DNA from: Eledone cirrhosa
Taxonomy: Eukaryota
Reading direction: 5' to 3'
Assembly: GCA_964016885.1 (NCBI GenBank)
Contig: OZ024743.1
Coordinates: 256,928,001-256,992,000 of the forward strand
Length of the DNA: 64,000 bases
Part shown: positions 37,976-52,212 of the stretch, piece after piece
Position numbering within the stretch: position 1 is the first letter of the stretch
How the letters are laid out: every line of letters begins with the position of its first letter
Notes under the pieces: generated by a model
What the model was told of the DNA's origin: nothing
What the model saw: the letters and a program-made list of their open reading frames with translations, nothing else
Databases searched by the model: none
Program-made: the position numbers and the translations under genes

Positions 37976-38410
37976 CAAGAACAAGCAGGATAATATTATA
38001 CATGTCAGCAACAACTGGTAAATACCTAGCTAGAATATAATACATAAATACTATAAGTAACGTAGTGATACAGAATCTAAGACTATATACTTATGAATTA
38101 TCATACATAGATAGGATGAATATATAACATAACTAACAGAAATATATGGAAAACATACAGTCATAGACTCTAAGATTATATTATTGATGCTGGAAATAAC
38201 ATTTTAAAAAACGGCGCGTATGTAAATTCAAGGGAGATAAGCATGTACGTCAATACTCATCTTTTTCCATTTCTCTGAGGATTCTTAACACCACTATCAG
38301 GCTAAATAATTTCTTTAATGTCTTTAGTCAAAATACGGCGATAGCTTACATTTCTAATAATTCGCTGTTTCGAAAATATTCTTACTTGATATATATATAT
38401 ATATATATAA

Positions 38411-38592
38411 CAAAAAGGGTGTGGTAGATACCAGGTGGACCATAATGAACATGAGTACTTAATACTTAGGGTAGTTGAGTGGGTAATAGGAAATGAGTCA
38501 GGACCCCGACGGCTGAGCTCCGGCCGTTTCCACAGCTAGATCAGCGGTCGAAATGACCAGAACCCAGCTGTCAGGGTCCTGACTCTTTTCTT
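38411..38592. mobile_element. Fold-back element family C
   Basis: Homologous to 10404-10592, with the inversion at nearly the same point. Confidence 0.6.
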
Positions 38593-38717
38593 ATATATTT
38601 ACGTGTCCCAACGACTTTTTTTAGCCGTTGTTCGCACCAACCGGAGGTATATGGTCTTAAAAGCGATGAAATACCAATGATGGTTGGAAGATCTCTGATG
38701 AAGGACTAACTTTATTC

Positions 38718-38772
<55 letters not shown>

Positions 38773-38774
38773 CA

Positions 38775-40806
38775 GAAAAAGTTGTTTTGGTAAAAACAGG
38801 AGTAAGCAGGAGAAAGCTCTCAACAATTGTAGATTTTAGTTACGATGGAGAATTTTATAACATAACAAAATAAGATGCCTAGGTGACATATATCGTTTAA
38901 TCATTATAATTATTTCCACGGTTCTCCATGCAATCGAGATGTCCTTCATGCATTTGCTGTTGTTATGAGAACGGTATCCTCAGATGATACCCGATATGTT
39001 TGATATGTTGCTGGCAGGAAAAAACACACGTCCTATTGTTTGTGTGCCTAGCAGACATATGAGTTCCTTGAAGGGATTGCCAACCGTCGCGTTTGCTAGA
39101 AAAAGCTTTATATGTATATATACGGGATAACAGGTTATCGTTATGGCAGTCCACTTAGATGTAGTCCAGTTGGAGTAGTTCTTGTAGTGGATCGTATTAA
39201 CGTGTGTCTTAGTTTGACTCAACAAGACGTTTCCATAGTGATGTTGCGAGTTCGCGGTGATTTCTATGTAGTTTATACTTGGAGTAATAATAATTCAAGA
39301 AAGAAGATTGACATGGTTCGCTATACAATAAGGGCTTTATTCACATTGCCGACAATTGTTTCTTTGATCTGGCAGGTCTAGAGTTCGCTATACGCCTGAT
39401 TTTGTGCGAATCGATCTCCAATACTTTGTTTATAACCAGTCTGTTTCATCGGAGCGGGTGAAATGAAGAAAATACATAAGGCATGGTTTTTATATAGGTG
39501 TGGTATTAAACCAGAACAATAATATCAATAATAAAATAAAATAACTAGATAGCATACAATTAAACTAATAACATCAATGTAAGTAAGAGATAGAGTATAA
39601 TGGAGAATCTAGCATGTTAAACAGACTGATATGATACAGATGTATGGAATTGACATGTGAAAACTGCTATAGGGTACATTAGATATAGTGATAGGGTAGC
39701 GACTAGATAACAGTAACCACTAAGATGTACTTGGACACAGAATTTATGAGGTATCCACTGTGCTGTAGGTATTCTAGCAATAAACCGGAGATTTACTTTT
39801 TATTTTTTTTATTATTTGACAGATAAACATTTTCGTTTGATTAATTTAGTGATGATGATAGTTTTTATGTGGTGCTAAATAGATTTGTAGATTCGTTATT
39901 TAAGTGGCCTATACTAAAGGTAGGGAGTGTTAGTTCGAATCGTGGGGGTTTAGTTTTTACAGCATCAATAACAAATCGTGTATAAATGACAGAAGGTAGT
40001 AAAGTAGTAAAATGTGCATGGTAGGTATATAGAACATGAATAATATTAGGGCTATATTGAGATGTTCATAATAATAATAAGAATAAGAATAATAAGAGGA
40101 AAGTGAGATTTCAAGGGGAGTAGGAGTAATAAAATAATGTACTTAGAATTAGGTTCATCTGTTAGAGATCGTGAGTGCTAATGAGAGATATAAATCCTTG
40201 GTCCGAAGGAGTGGGTAACAGCGATGTTAGGATTGATTTATGGGCTGATAAGATAGTTGTAGACATCTTCCAGTGGGATAGAATTAGGGAGGTTATAAGG
40301 TATCTATAGAAGATTATAGTTCCGTATTGGGCTGTGTGAGAAGGTGGATTTCATATGTTAAAAGCTAAGTGGTATTGGTTCGAATCACGGTGGTTTAAAT
40401 CTCGCGAATTTTGTAGCAATTCTATGTCTGCAGAAAATTAACCTTTCTATTTTGCTGTTGAGTAGCATTTTATCGTTCCTTAAGATATGCAGCAATTCAA
40501 GGTTGCAGAGCCCGCAGTAGGACATACCGCTGCCATATCTCTTACTAGTTATTTTATTTTGTTATTGATATTACTGTTCTGATTTAATACCACACTTATA
40601 TAAAAACCATGCCTTATGTATTTCCTTCATTTCACCCGCTCCGATGAAACAGACTAGTTATAAACAAAGTATTGGAGATCGATTGGCGCAAAATCAGGCG
40701 TATAGCGAACTCTAGACCTGCCAGATCAAAGAAACAATTGTCAGCAATGTGAATAAAGACCTTATTGTATAGCGAACCATGTCAATCTTCTTTCTTGAAT
40801 TATTAT
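38775..40806 (-). mobile_element. PLE 3' fragment with inverted arm
   Basis: Minus 40545-40386 encodes YCGLCNLELLHIL..LLNSK.E....CRH (end of PLE GIY-YIG); 40545-40806 is the inverse of 39287-39548; HHR in the 3' region. Confidence 0.75.
38900..38988 (-). ncRNA. Type I hammerhead ribozyme in PLE 3' region
   Basis: atcat-CTGAGGA-tac c gttctc..gagaac c gtg-GAAA-taatta-TA-atgat. Confidence 0.8.
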
Positions 40807-41469
40807 ATATATATATATATATACTTATATGTATGTATATATGTATGTATGTATGTCGGGTCACCCTTGAGTGCTACTGGTAACATGTAACGTAGTACAA
40901 CCTGTTGCATGGTTGCGTCGCCGCTGACTAAACCGGCAACCCCACCAAGTTTACTTGGTGAGGAGGGTGATTTTGGACACCCTGCAAGACAAAAAACAAA
41001 ACCTGACAAAGGGCGGAAGAACTCATAAGAGTCAACTGCCATCTAAAAATGTGTAAAAATGTATACGCATATGTATGTGTATGCGCGTGGATATAGAAAT
41101 AATCGAGCTGGATACCGGGTTGCGCGGCCAAACCACTGGGAGTGAAGGGCACCTAGCTTTTGTCAGGGCATTCTTCTAGGAGAATGCAACTCAGGAAACT
41201 GGGATAACTCCAATAAAAAACCTGCGGCTCGGTAGTTACCGATGATGTTGATCTTTTCTTCTTTTCGGGTAATGGCTACTGTCCCTCAGAGAGTGGGATT
41301 GGTTCAGTGCACAACATTTCCTCACTTTAAAAAAAAATCTTCATGCAGAGGCATTGCACGGTAGCATTAATTGGTAATTATTAATAATGTTATATCATGT
41401 GATGTGATGGCCATACTCGATAACGAGAGGGCAGCCATCATGTATGTATATATATATATATATATATAT

Positions 41470-41662
41470 ATGACATTGCACTCAGTGCTCCTGTGGGAGC
41501 CCCTACATGGACACACTGGAAGAGGAAGACCAAGGTTAACGTATATTGATGCCCTAAGGACAGACACTGGTCTGTTGGAGACACAGGACATGGCAGCTAT
41601 AATGAGGGACAGAGACCGTTGGAGAGAATTCGTCCATGGATCTCGGGAATTTTACCAGCCCT

Positions 41663-41664
<2 letters not shown>
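41470..41664 (+). mobile_element. RTE-like LINE extreme 3' end
   Basis: LLWEP.HG..GRGRPRLTYID.L..DTG..MRDRDRWR. Confidence 0.7.
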
Positions 41665-41699
<35 letters not shown>

Positions 41700-42377
41700 T
41701 AGACGATAGACCTTAATCAATGATGATGATGATGATGATGATATATATATATATATATATATGGAGAATTATTGCTTTAATAATACCCTAAATGATCGAG
41801 GAGTAAATACGACATAAAGATGGGATTTGATGGTTTGTCTTGCGAACCAATCAACCAATGATATATAAAACAACACATAAACAAAATAGAAATGAGTATC
41901 GTTTCAGATATATTTTTCATAGACAATGTCATATAATTCAATAAACATTTCAACAAGCTGGCAGATAGAAGAAAAAATATAAACGAAAATAAAACAAACA
42001 ACAACTAGAAGTGGATGTAAAAGAGGATCGTAAATATTTTGATATGAATCAGAAGGACAAAATGCGTGTGTACGTAAAAACTTGATAAAAAATGTTCAAA
42101 TGGTCACAGCCATCAGTCAGTTGAACAGTTATCATGTACAATTTAATTGAATTACTACAACAATGGTATAATGCCAATACATAACGCAAACTTTTCGATT
42201 TGCTAAACATTCCAAATAGAAAAGTTGGCATTATCTAATGCTCTTATGAAACGCATGTATTCGCAATATGCAACTGTTGTAGTAATTTACTTTAATTGTA
42301 CATTACATCTCGTCTCACAGAATGAGTCCTCTGGCGTTTTGGATATTTTTTACCAAGTTTTTACTAATACAGACAAA

Positions 42378-45300
42378 TCATCATCATCATCATCATCATC
42401 ATTTTACGTCCGCTCTTCCCTGCTCGCAAGGGTGGGACGGGTCTTATTCAGCACAGCATCTCTCCACTCGTCACGGTCCTTCGTCATATCCACCGTGAGC
42501 TTCAACGATCTGAGGTCTGTTCTCACCACCTCCGCCCATGTTTTTCGTGGTCTAACTCTACCACGTCTTCCTTCAACTGGCATTTCCTGGCACTTTTTCA
42601 CCCATCGGTCATCCTCCATGCGCATCACATGTCCATACCACCTCAGTCTCCTCTCCCGTACACCACATTCTATCCCTCTCAGACACAGTTTCTCTCTCAA
42701 CACATTCATGCTGGGTCATTCACGTACATTTACACTGCACATCCAACGGAGCATGCTTGCCTCATTTCTCTCCAGCCGTCGCATATCCTCTGCAGTTGCT
42801 GCCCCTGTCTCACTACCATGCAGCATCGTGCTCCTCACACAGGCATCATACAACCGGCCTTTCGTACGCAGGGAGAAACCCTTCTTTATCAGCAGAGGAA
42901 GCAGCTCCCTAAACTTCTGCCAACCCGTCCTTATTCTAGATACTATGGCCTCGGAACACCCTCCTCCCATGTTAATCTGATCTCCTAGATACCGGAAGAT
43001 ATCCACCACTTCTATAGCAACCTTCTGCATTTGAAAAATGTGTCTATCAATCCGACTTCTACTGTCTAATTTCCCTGTACATCTACTGCATACATATTTC
43101 TCCCTACCTGTTAGTTTGCCTGCTATCCCGCTACATCTCTTGTGTACCCAGGATCTGCATTGTGTGCATTTAATAGAATGTATGCCAGTTCCTTTTCTGC
43201 ATATCGAACATGGCCATTTCCCTGACGGAATCAGAGTTTTGTTCTCTTTTCTACTCATCAACACTTTTGTCTTAGCTCGGTTCACTCTCAGTCCTCTTGC
43301 TTCCAACTGCTGTTTCCATAGCCAGAATTTATTCTCTAGCTCCTCTACTGATTCTGCTATAAGAACCAGATCGTCAGCATAGAGAAGTTCCTATGGACAG
43401 CTTGTCTTAAACTCCTCTGTTATGGCTTGGAGGACTATAATAAACAAGAGCGGGCTGAGGACCGAACCTTGATGTACTCCTACTTGTATCTGGAATTCCT
43501 CACTAAACTCCATTCCTACCCTGACTTTACTGAGAGTACCTCTGTACAAAGTTTGCACTGTCCTCACAAGCCATTCCTCAACACATAGTTTCCTTAGAGA
43601 CCACCAGATGACAGATCGGTGTACCCTATCAAAGGCCTTCTCTAGGTCAACAAAGGTTACCTATAGTGGCATATTTTTCTATAAGAACCTCTCTTGCAAT
43701 TGTCACCAAGAAGAGGGCATCTGTTGTACTCTTCCCAGGCACAAAAACAAACTGCATCTCATCTAGTTTGACCCTTTCTCTAATTAGTTGTGCTAATATC
43801 CTTTCTGCCACTTTCATAACCTGATCCATCAGTTTTATACCCCTATAATTGCACCTCTCCAGAGCATCCCCTTTAACTTGGTAGCAATTTATGAGAATAC
43901 TGCTGCACCAGTCTTTGGGTATGACACCACCATATATGCGTGCAACCAGTTTAGTGCCTACGTCCCCTGATGCCTTCAGCATCTCAGCATCCATTCCCGA
44001 TGGTCCAGCAGTCTTACCATTTTTCATTTCCTTAATCGCCTCTTGGACCCTATATTCGTCAATCTCAATAGCTGGTCCCTCTGTCGAATCTACTAAGGGT
44101 AATCTCTCTCTCTCCCATTCGTTCTCCACATTCATCAGTCTCTCATAATGACATTTCCAGGCCTCCTTTTTCTGATCATTCGTGACACTAAGTACATCGG
44201 CATCATCCCGGACACATTTATCTCCAACAACATCCTGATTTGCATTGATACACTGCCTTGCAATGTGGAAAACCGCACGCCTCTGATCTTCCCGTCGCAG
44301 AACATTGGCAAACCTCCTACTCTCAGCCTCCTTGCGTGCTAAGTACAACTGACGTCTAGCTTCTCTCTTAGCGCCTGTATATTCTTCCCTACTCCCACCC
44401 TTTTTCCAAGCCTTCCATGCTAGTCTTTTGTCTCTAATGGCCTTATCTACTGTGCTCTTCCACCACCAGGTCACTCTCTGTCTGGTTGGAGCTCTGCTCC
44501 AGCCACAAGTTTCATTAGTAGCCTGCAGTAAGTTGTCACGTAAGAAATTCCAGTTATTATCTATGTCATACGTCTCTAAATCGTCTTCTTTTTCGTCATA
44601 TACATCTTGAAGGGCTTTCCTAAATTTGTATTTTAGTGAAAGGTCTTTTAGTTTCCAGACCTTTCTTCTCCACACCTTCTTGTATGTCTCATTCCATTTC
44701 TTGCTTACTGAGATATCATTAACGACTACCCTATGCTGTGGGGTACGTTCTTCCCCAGGGTATGCCTTGGTATTAGACACTATCTGCCTGTCCCGCTGCC
44801 TAACTAGTAAGAAGTCAATCTGGCTTATGTGCTCGCCAGATTTTTAGGTTACAAGGTGATTGGCAGGTTTCTGGAAGTTTGTGTTGCAAATAGTCAGTGT
44901 ACTTGTATCACAAAATTCAAGAAGTCTCACTCCTTCTTCATTTCTTGAGCCGTAACTGTGCCCACCATGTACCCGAGTGTAACCATCCTGGAGCTGTCCA
45001 ACATGACCATTGAAGTCCCCTGCTAGCATAACGATGTCTCCGTCCTCTGTCATTGCGGTTGTTTGTAAAAGTTGCTCGTAAAAGCAGTCTTTCTCATCTT
45101 TGCCTAGGCCTGCTTGGGAAGCATAGGCAGAGATGATTGTCAGTAGTGTCCTGCCTACAATTATTCTAAGCTTAATTATTCGATTACTAACTCGAACTAC
45201 TTCTATTGACTTATTGATCCATCTCTCAGCCAGGAAAATGCCTACTCCCCCTAACCCATCATCCTTACCTACCCAGAAAAGCTTATAGCTAAGATGTTTG

Positions 45301-45410
45301 CCTACGACTAGTCTCGCAGAAGCACCTCTCCATCTCACCTCTTGCACGCAGCCCACATCCACATGATAAACCTCTGAGAGTGCAAACATTAAGTGTTGCA
45401 ACTCTGAGAT
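42378..45410 (-). mobile_element. RTE-clade LINE, near-complete ORF (APE - RT - PHD-like finger), decayed
   Basis: VQEVRW, SAYA, AGDFNGHVG (APE); NYRGIKL, DLEKA, VHQGS.LSP, YADD (RT); LRWYGHV; (GAT)n tail. Confidence 0.92.
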
Positions 45411-45646
45411 GCGATGTCTTCATATTGTGTTGTTGTTCCTATTTGTTGCAGTGCTGATAAGCGTTTTGGCATTGATACACTGGTTGGATGCCCTTCCTAA
45501 CACCAGCGCCACTTTACAGCATGGACTGGGTGCTTTTATTTGTGCCACCAGCACTAGAGAGGATGTCTTACTAGACTCAAGGGCCCTCTCTACCCCTCCA
45601 TTTTACAGCATGGTCATAAAAAAAATATATATATATACATATATAT

Positions 45647-46015
45647 TAAGGTGGCCCTTATTTTTCGCTCCCACCCACCTATCTTGTTGCAATTAACACA
45701 GAACCAATCTATGCAAAACTTTAGTCCAAGCCGACAACTGCAAGATGACCCTCATTGACTGTGAAATTTGAAGATTTTGTCTGGAACGTCATTTTTCAGA
45801 TAAAAAATGTTTCCCTTATATAATTTTCTTTTAAATTAAAAACTTGTTCAGGCTTATTCTTTGTATTAGAAGGATAAGTGACAGCAAATATAATAGGGAA
45901 GGCAATTTGTAAAGCTGGGGACAGAGTGCCTGCGTAGGGCAAACACCTATTTTTCACTGAGGGAGCAGCAACATTTTAACTTTCGGAAAATTACTTGTTG
46001 CTAAGGGCCACCCTA
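45647..46015. mobile_element. MITE with 14-bp TIR TA(A/G)GGTGGCCCTTA
   Basis: taaggtggccctta..taagggccacccta; the same end recurs at 47494-47507. Confidence 0.7.
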
Positions 46016-46072
46016 ATATACAGATATCTGTATGTGGTTGATAGCTGAGAGAAATGAGTACTAAGTATTGAG

Positions 46073-46151
<79 letters not shown>

Positions 46152-46409
46152 TATATACTCTCCTTACTATCCTTGTTTTCATATTTCTCCTTGCTCCACT
46201 TTTCTCTTTGTATTTGTATATAAACAAGAACATAGATATAAGGAGGAAGGAAAAGCACGGATAAAAGGAGAGTAAGGAGAAAATGAGAGCAAGTAGAGCA
46301 ATGAGAAAAGAAGAGCAAGGAGCAAAGGAGAGCAATGAGAAAAGGAGAGCAAGGGATAACAATGAGAAAAGGAGAACAAGGAGAGCAATGAGAAAAGGAG
46401 AGTTAAGGC

Positions 46410-47507
46410 AAATATTGCTCAAGTTATGCTGGAAGCAGACAAAGGTGAAGAAGAGGAAGAAGAAAAAAATCAACTGAGGAGGTACATTCTGCACCAAAAT
46501 GACTTTTCTTCCTTTACAAACATCGAGTTTTCGTCTTTTGTAACTCCTGGTACAAAAAGATTCACGAGATTTTCTGTCAGCACCAAATTTCCTCGACAAA
46601 GACCCTTCAACATGGAAGGATGATCCTGGTTACAAAAGTGGACTTGAAAAACTTGACAAGACAGTTGTTGCCGAAAGTGGTGTCAAACTCATTAAGGATT
46701 ACAATAACATTCTAACAAAAGATGAAACTGAGAAACAATTTGTTTTACAGATCGTTACCCAAACCATAAAACATACCCAACTGCCACTAAATCCTCTCTT
46801 ATGCAAAATAATTGTTTCTACTTTAGGCACAAGGCCAGCAATTACCCAGTGCATTATTGGTACTTTATTTTATCAACCCCACAAGGATGAAAGGCAAAGT
46901 TATCCTCGGCGGGATTTGAACTCAGAATGGCAATGCAAAATAATTGTTTCTACTTTAGGCACAAGGCCAGCAATTAAACAGTGCATTACTGGTACTTTAT
47001 TTTATCGACCCCGTAAGCATGAAAGGCAAAGTCAACCTCGCAATCTTCAGTGTTCAATGTTCACATTATATTTTCGATTCTATAGAAATTATTGTTGTAA
47101 ATAAAAATTGGTTTCTCTTATAGAGAAACGGGGTGTGCTTTATTTACAAAATCTAATATTTCTTAAGTTTTTCATGTTATTTCAGAAATTTTTCAAATTA
47201 ACTTTTGGTAAATTTGATTCAGAATGTTTTAAAACATTTGCTGGGGTTGCCTGGATGTGTCCACGTGAATTTCTCTAAGAAGAAAAAAGAAAATGGTCGA
47301 GATAGGGAACAGTATACCCCTTTTGCACAGAATTAATCAATGCATATACTATGTTCCAACTTCAATGTGTTTGAGGGTCGTCTAAATCTTGTCCAATTGA
47401 GCTGAAATTTTGCACACCCCGTGTTGTTGTTGGTTAAAATAGGGTTAGGTGGTGGGAGCAGCAAAATGTCTAATTTGAAAAATTAGCTATTGGTAAGGGC
47501 CACCCTA
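46410..47507 (+). mobile_element. hAT-like (hATm-type) transposon 3' remnant
   Basis: FLDKDPSTW..VVAESGVKLIKDYNNILTKDE.EKQFVLQIV transposase C-terminus (46590-46810); ends in the TIR. Confidence 0.65.
46810..47040 (-). mobile_element. Two tandem 5'-truncated OR1/Meta-like SINEs
   Basis: attgtttctactttaggcacaaggccagcaatt..ggcaaagt at 46811 and about 46943. Confidence 0.8.
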
Positions 47508-47762
47508 ATATATATATATACACTTTAAACGTATATAGCTTAATTTTTCCAGGTGTATCATTTTTAACCTGTTAGTTTTTTCGTTGCTTTGGTATTGTGT
47601 GTTAGGTTTTGCCTACCACAATGTTCAATTTGTCAAGCTATTTAAACGTATGTTGTTACTCTAAGGACCTACCCTTATTGAGTGCTTTGCTAACTCATTC
47701 ATATTGTAGGTCGACTTTGCTTGCCCACAGCCAAAGCTTCGATTTTACTAAGGTTCCACATG

Positions 47763-47802
<40 letters not shown>

Positions 47803-47806
<4 letters not shown>

Positions 47807-49773
47807 ATCTGGCCCGTTCGGCTGGCGCTCGGCAGGTATACCGGCATTTTATCTTTATAGGAAGCCCATCTCCACTCCAGTGCAAAGATACCGCACGTCC
47901 TCTCAAGTCACATTGTCGTTTCGAGTACATATCAGGGGGAGGGGGGGATCTTGTGGTGACTCATTTCTGACGCGTGAAAAAAACCACCACCACCACTGGA
48001 ATGCTCAACGACCATATAATCACTCGATTCCATGGTAAAAATTACAACTGTGGTGTTGGACCATTAGTTTTGCCACAATCCTGCTATTGTTGCACTGGTT
48101 GTGAGGGCTTTCTAAAAGATCTGATGCAGGCCTATCGCCAGGCGCTATCCGGCTGGGCATGGTAGTTTAATGTACTGGCAATTAACGTAGCAAGGAATAT
48201 AGTGGTGATTTCAGCTGAATGCGTCAACACGCTGCTTGATTGTCTTCATGCTCCCCGTTGTTACCAGCATGACCCTCACTGACCTATATTTCCCCCTCAG
48301 TAAACATGCCCATCTTTTCTTTCTATGTAAGTCTGGATGAAATGCTAGTGGCAAGTGTGTGGTTTTCAATTAGAGGTACGTTCCTGCACTATCTTCCGAC
48401 TACAGAGCTAGGGGGGGGGGTATTGTGGTGACTCAATCTTAGTGTGTTTATAATTATAGTTCACTGCAGCGTGCAGATTCCACCTCACGCACGTGTTGTT
48501 AATCTCCCCCGAAAGTTAGCGCCAGCTTGCCTGACCCCTTTGGTGCGAGTCTAACTCCTTCCCCTGATCCTTTGAACTCAATTATCTTTGATATTCGCCT
48601 GGCCGCCCTATGTAACCCTCTGTCACACGCACACACACACACGCACACAACAGACAACCCCATCAATTACGCACAAGGATAGGGGGAGGGGTTAACGTGC
48701 TCTGTTGTTGGGTTTGAATAGTTTTTAGGATTCAGCAGACAGTACGTTAAAGAAAATTGATAGTTGCAACAATATAGTCTGAACAGAGAAGACATTTTTT
48801 AACAAACTTTACAATAATTTGTACAACCATAATGGAAATTCCATGTAACAGAAAATTCATAAATTACATTGTTAGAGCCTCAAAGTACACAATGTATTTT
48901 GTTCGGCTCTCGGGAGCAAAGATGAAGAGATTGTTTGGCGAGCTCACCCTAGAGCATCCTACATACAATTGACCATGGGAGAAGCATGGTTTTCCCAGAT
49001 GAAAACCAGCCACTTTTAGGATTTGACCCTGAGCTTTGTTGATGGTAATCGCGAAGCTTAGTCTTATTGGAAACTGAAGTCGCTTGAACTCAAAGGGTAA
49101 GTCAGCTGGCAGCAAGGGGATGCGAGGAATAAATACATCTTCTCCTCTACCAACCCGTCATGATTGTGGCTTCAATGACATGATGCAGCATCTGCTTGAC
49201 TGCAAGTCGTGTGCCATTGCTGAGCTTTAACATATTTTCTTCTGGAAAATCGGATCTTGCGGCCAGGCCGGGATTTGTAGGTGGCATATCGGCAGTAACA
49301 ATGACGATAAGCCGTCTGTATTTCGTACAGTCGAACTAAATGTAAACAAATCACTGTGTAGTTAACGAAAATAAATACAATGTTTGTTTATATTTTGTTT
49401 TTGTAGTTCTGTTTTCCGATGTAATTGTGTGTTTGTGTATGCAAAAATATCTGTACACGAATATATATATATATATGTAATTAATTAAAAGTTAGTTAGA
49501 AGTCAATGCAGACAGGCAGGCAGACAGAGAGATATTATAAGGGTTATAGCTGTGTATCTATCTAAAAAGACAGAGTAAGAAAGAGAGAGGAATGTCGTAT
49601 TATATATTTTATATATAACAAAGTACCAGTAATGTATTGAGATAATTGCTGGCCTTGTGCCAAAAGTAGAAACAATTATACTTCTTTTTCATACAACTGT
49701 AAATAACATGCATATATATGTATAAAGGAATGCTGTAATAAAATGTACAAATTAAACTGTCTCTTATTTATGA

Positions 49774-49833
<60 letters not shown>

Positions 49834-49846
49834 GTGTGTGTGTGTG

Positions 49847-49881
<35 letters not shown>

Positions 49882-50700
49882 TATATTTATTTATATATGC
49901 ACACACACACACAGATAGCGAAGTCAATGTACAGAATGGTTTTCATAATGCAGACAGCCAGACATGCAGAGACATATTATAAGGGCGCGACGTTATAGCT
50001 CTGTATCAATCTAAAAAGACAGACTAAGAAAGAGAGAGGAATGTTGTATAAGCGATCGCTAATCGGAAGTGTTGACATTTGAAACTGTTAACGAAGTGAA
50101 TATTTAAATAAACAATAAAATCTCTTTTTAGGAAAGATGGTCACCATTTTTAGAAGGCTGCGTTGTTTTACGATTTAGAGAGGAGTTCGTTTCCCTAGCT
50201 TGGCTGCTAGTACATCTCTTCTATTTGTTGTTAGGTGTAGGTAAACAATTAAGCAAAAAGAATATACCTCGAGATTATATGTACATGAGCATTTTAATCA
50301 GAGCAATAAACAAAACAGGTTATCATATCAGTTGCTCCTTGATTAGTAATTCGTAATTATCATTAAGTGGCGGTGTTCAAATATCCCGTGACCGCATGGT
50401 GCAATATCGCTGTTTCGCCACAGTGAAACGCGTCTGGTCGCCTCAAGAGACAAAGTCGAAGAGAGTGTATTCAGCTACTGACGTCAGAATGTGACGTCAG
50501 AACTAAGGGCAGTTAATCGACTGCCTCCAAAGTCAAAGCTAGGTGGCGTTATCTCTACATCTTTAATCTTTTAACGTAATTTAGTTGACAAAAATATCCG
50601 CACTTTCTTCCTTGGAAAAAGTTACATCTATGGTGCAAATTTGGTGCCGTTTGGCGAAAAGTTTGTTACATACATACGGTTGTCAGCTTTATTAATATGT
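47803..50700 (-). mobile_element. Helitron deletion derivative
   Basis: Pif1-type helicase C-terminus; 5' end ..taataaagctgac..; GC-rich subterminal sequence at the 3' end. Confidence 0.75.
48864..49230 (-). pseudogene. Helitron RepHel helicase C-terminal fragment
   Basis: NGTRL, VFIPRIPL, RLQFPIRLSFAITINKAQGQ, FSHGQLYVGCSRV. Confidence 0.9.
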
Positions 50701-50904
50701 ATATATATATAGTGGTTAAAACTGGAAGGTTATATCCGTAGTGAGTAGAGCACTCAGCCCATAGGACGTGTTTGGTATGGTGTTATCATTAAACCATAGT
50801 CGAATATGTGCATTTCACCAACTGATTTTCAACTTCAGTTGAAAATCCTTTGGGTGAATCACATGTCCTCAAGTATGATTTGGTAATTTGTTGTAGAACT
50901 AACT

Positions 50905-50979
<75 letters not shown>

Positions 50980-51416
50980 AAACAAAGCAAGATTTCATAT
51001 TAAGATCTTTATTCATTATATATAGTTATGACCGTTTTACGTACAGGTGGCTCAGGATCTATATTAATGTTATAAACATGACTACATTCCGATCTCATCT
51101 GTGAAATGGTCATAACTAAGTATAATCAATAAAGAGCTTAATGTGAAACCTTGCTTTGTTTTCAATATATACACTCTGCCTTCACATAGAGTGCTGATTT
51201 TGGTACCACCCTACTCAATAAACCACGAATCTACTGAACCAGCTATTATATATATCATCATCATCATCATCATCATCATTTTACGTCCGCTTTTCCCATA
51301 TGTGTGTGTGTGTATGTGTGTGTGTGTATAAAAGGTAAACAGAAATAACAACACAATCGGTACAGTGTATGGAAGGAATATATTAGGTTAATATGCTTGA
51401 AATAACAGGAAGAAGG

Positions 51417-51452
51417 TCTTAATGTTTCGGACGCAAGTCCTTCATCAGAAGA
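51417..51452 (-). ncRNA. Minimal hammerhead ribozyme lacking stem III (PLE type)
   Basis: tctt-CTGATGA-a ggac(ttgc)gtcc-GAAAC-ATT-aaga; one CpG-type change from palindromic GAAACGTT. Confidence 0.7.
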
Positions 51453-51792
51453 AAGAATGAGAAATAAGATAAATTGAAGGGACGGGTGGGTTTGAATTAG
51501 AAAACAAGTCTTTAGATAAAAAATAACAGGTCCATTCATGTTGACATCTCTTGGAAAACTGTTGATGCTAGCGTTTTGTATATGATTTATTTTTTTAGAA
51601 AAGTGGATGATGGAGGCGTCTACCTGAAATGGAAAGAAAAACCGTGTTGTAAAAAGAGCTATACTAGTGTGCGTGTGTATGCATGTGTGTCTGTGTGTGT
51701 ATTAATCTGTACGAAGCTAAGAAGAAATGTGTGTGTATACGTAAGTAAAAGAGTGTGTGTGTACTTGTAAGTAAGAATATATATACACACAC

Positions 51793-51861
<69 letters not shown>

Positions 51862-51872
51862 TATATAGATAG

Positions 51873-51961
<89 letters not shown>

Positions 51962-51964
51962 TAT

Positions 51965-52212
51965 GGATAGAAGCAGCACGGAAGTATATTTAAAGAATCT
52001 TTCTTCTTTAATCCAAGAAAGTGATTATTAAAGAAAGGAAAAAACATTTTTTAAATAAAAGGGTTTTTATAAAATATATTTTATGTATCTTTTACATATT
52101 TTATAAAACCCCTTATTTTTTAAAAATGCTTTTCTCCTTTTTCCAATAATCACTTTGTTGGATTAAAGAAGAAAAACAATTCTTTAAATATACTTCCGTG
52201 CTGCTTCCATCC
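51965..52212. repeat. Fold-back with arms of about 115 bp
   Basis: ggatagaagcagcacggaagtatatttaaagaat.. / ..attctttaaatatacttccgtgctgcttccatcc. Confidence 0.75.

Noticed and set aside
38690-38720. CTGATGA hammerhead-like core
   Set aside because: No downstream GAAA, stem III or stem I before the (GT)n tract
40634-40675. CCGATGA..aaac hammerhead-like string
   Set aside because: No consistent GAAA placement or stem I; the element's credible HHR is at 38900-38988
40857-41380. Possible RTE 5' UTR with an HDV-like ribozyme
   Set aside because: Could not assemble the nested double pseudoknot by eye; needs a descriptor search
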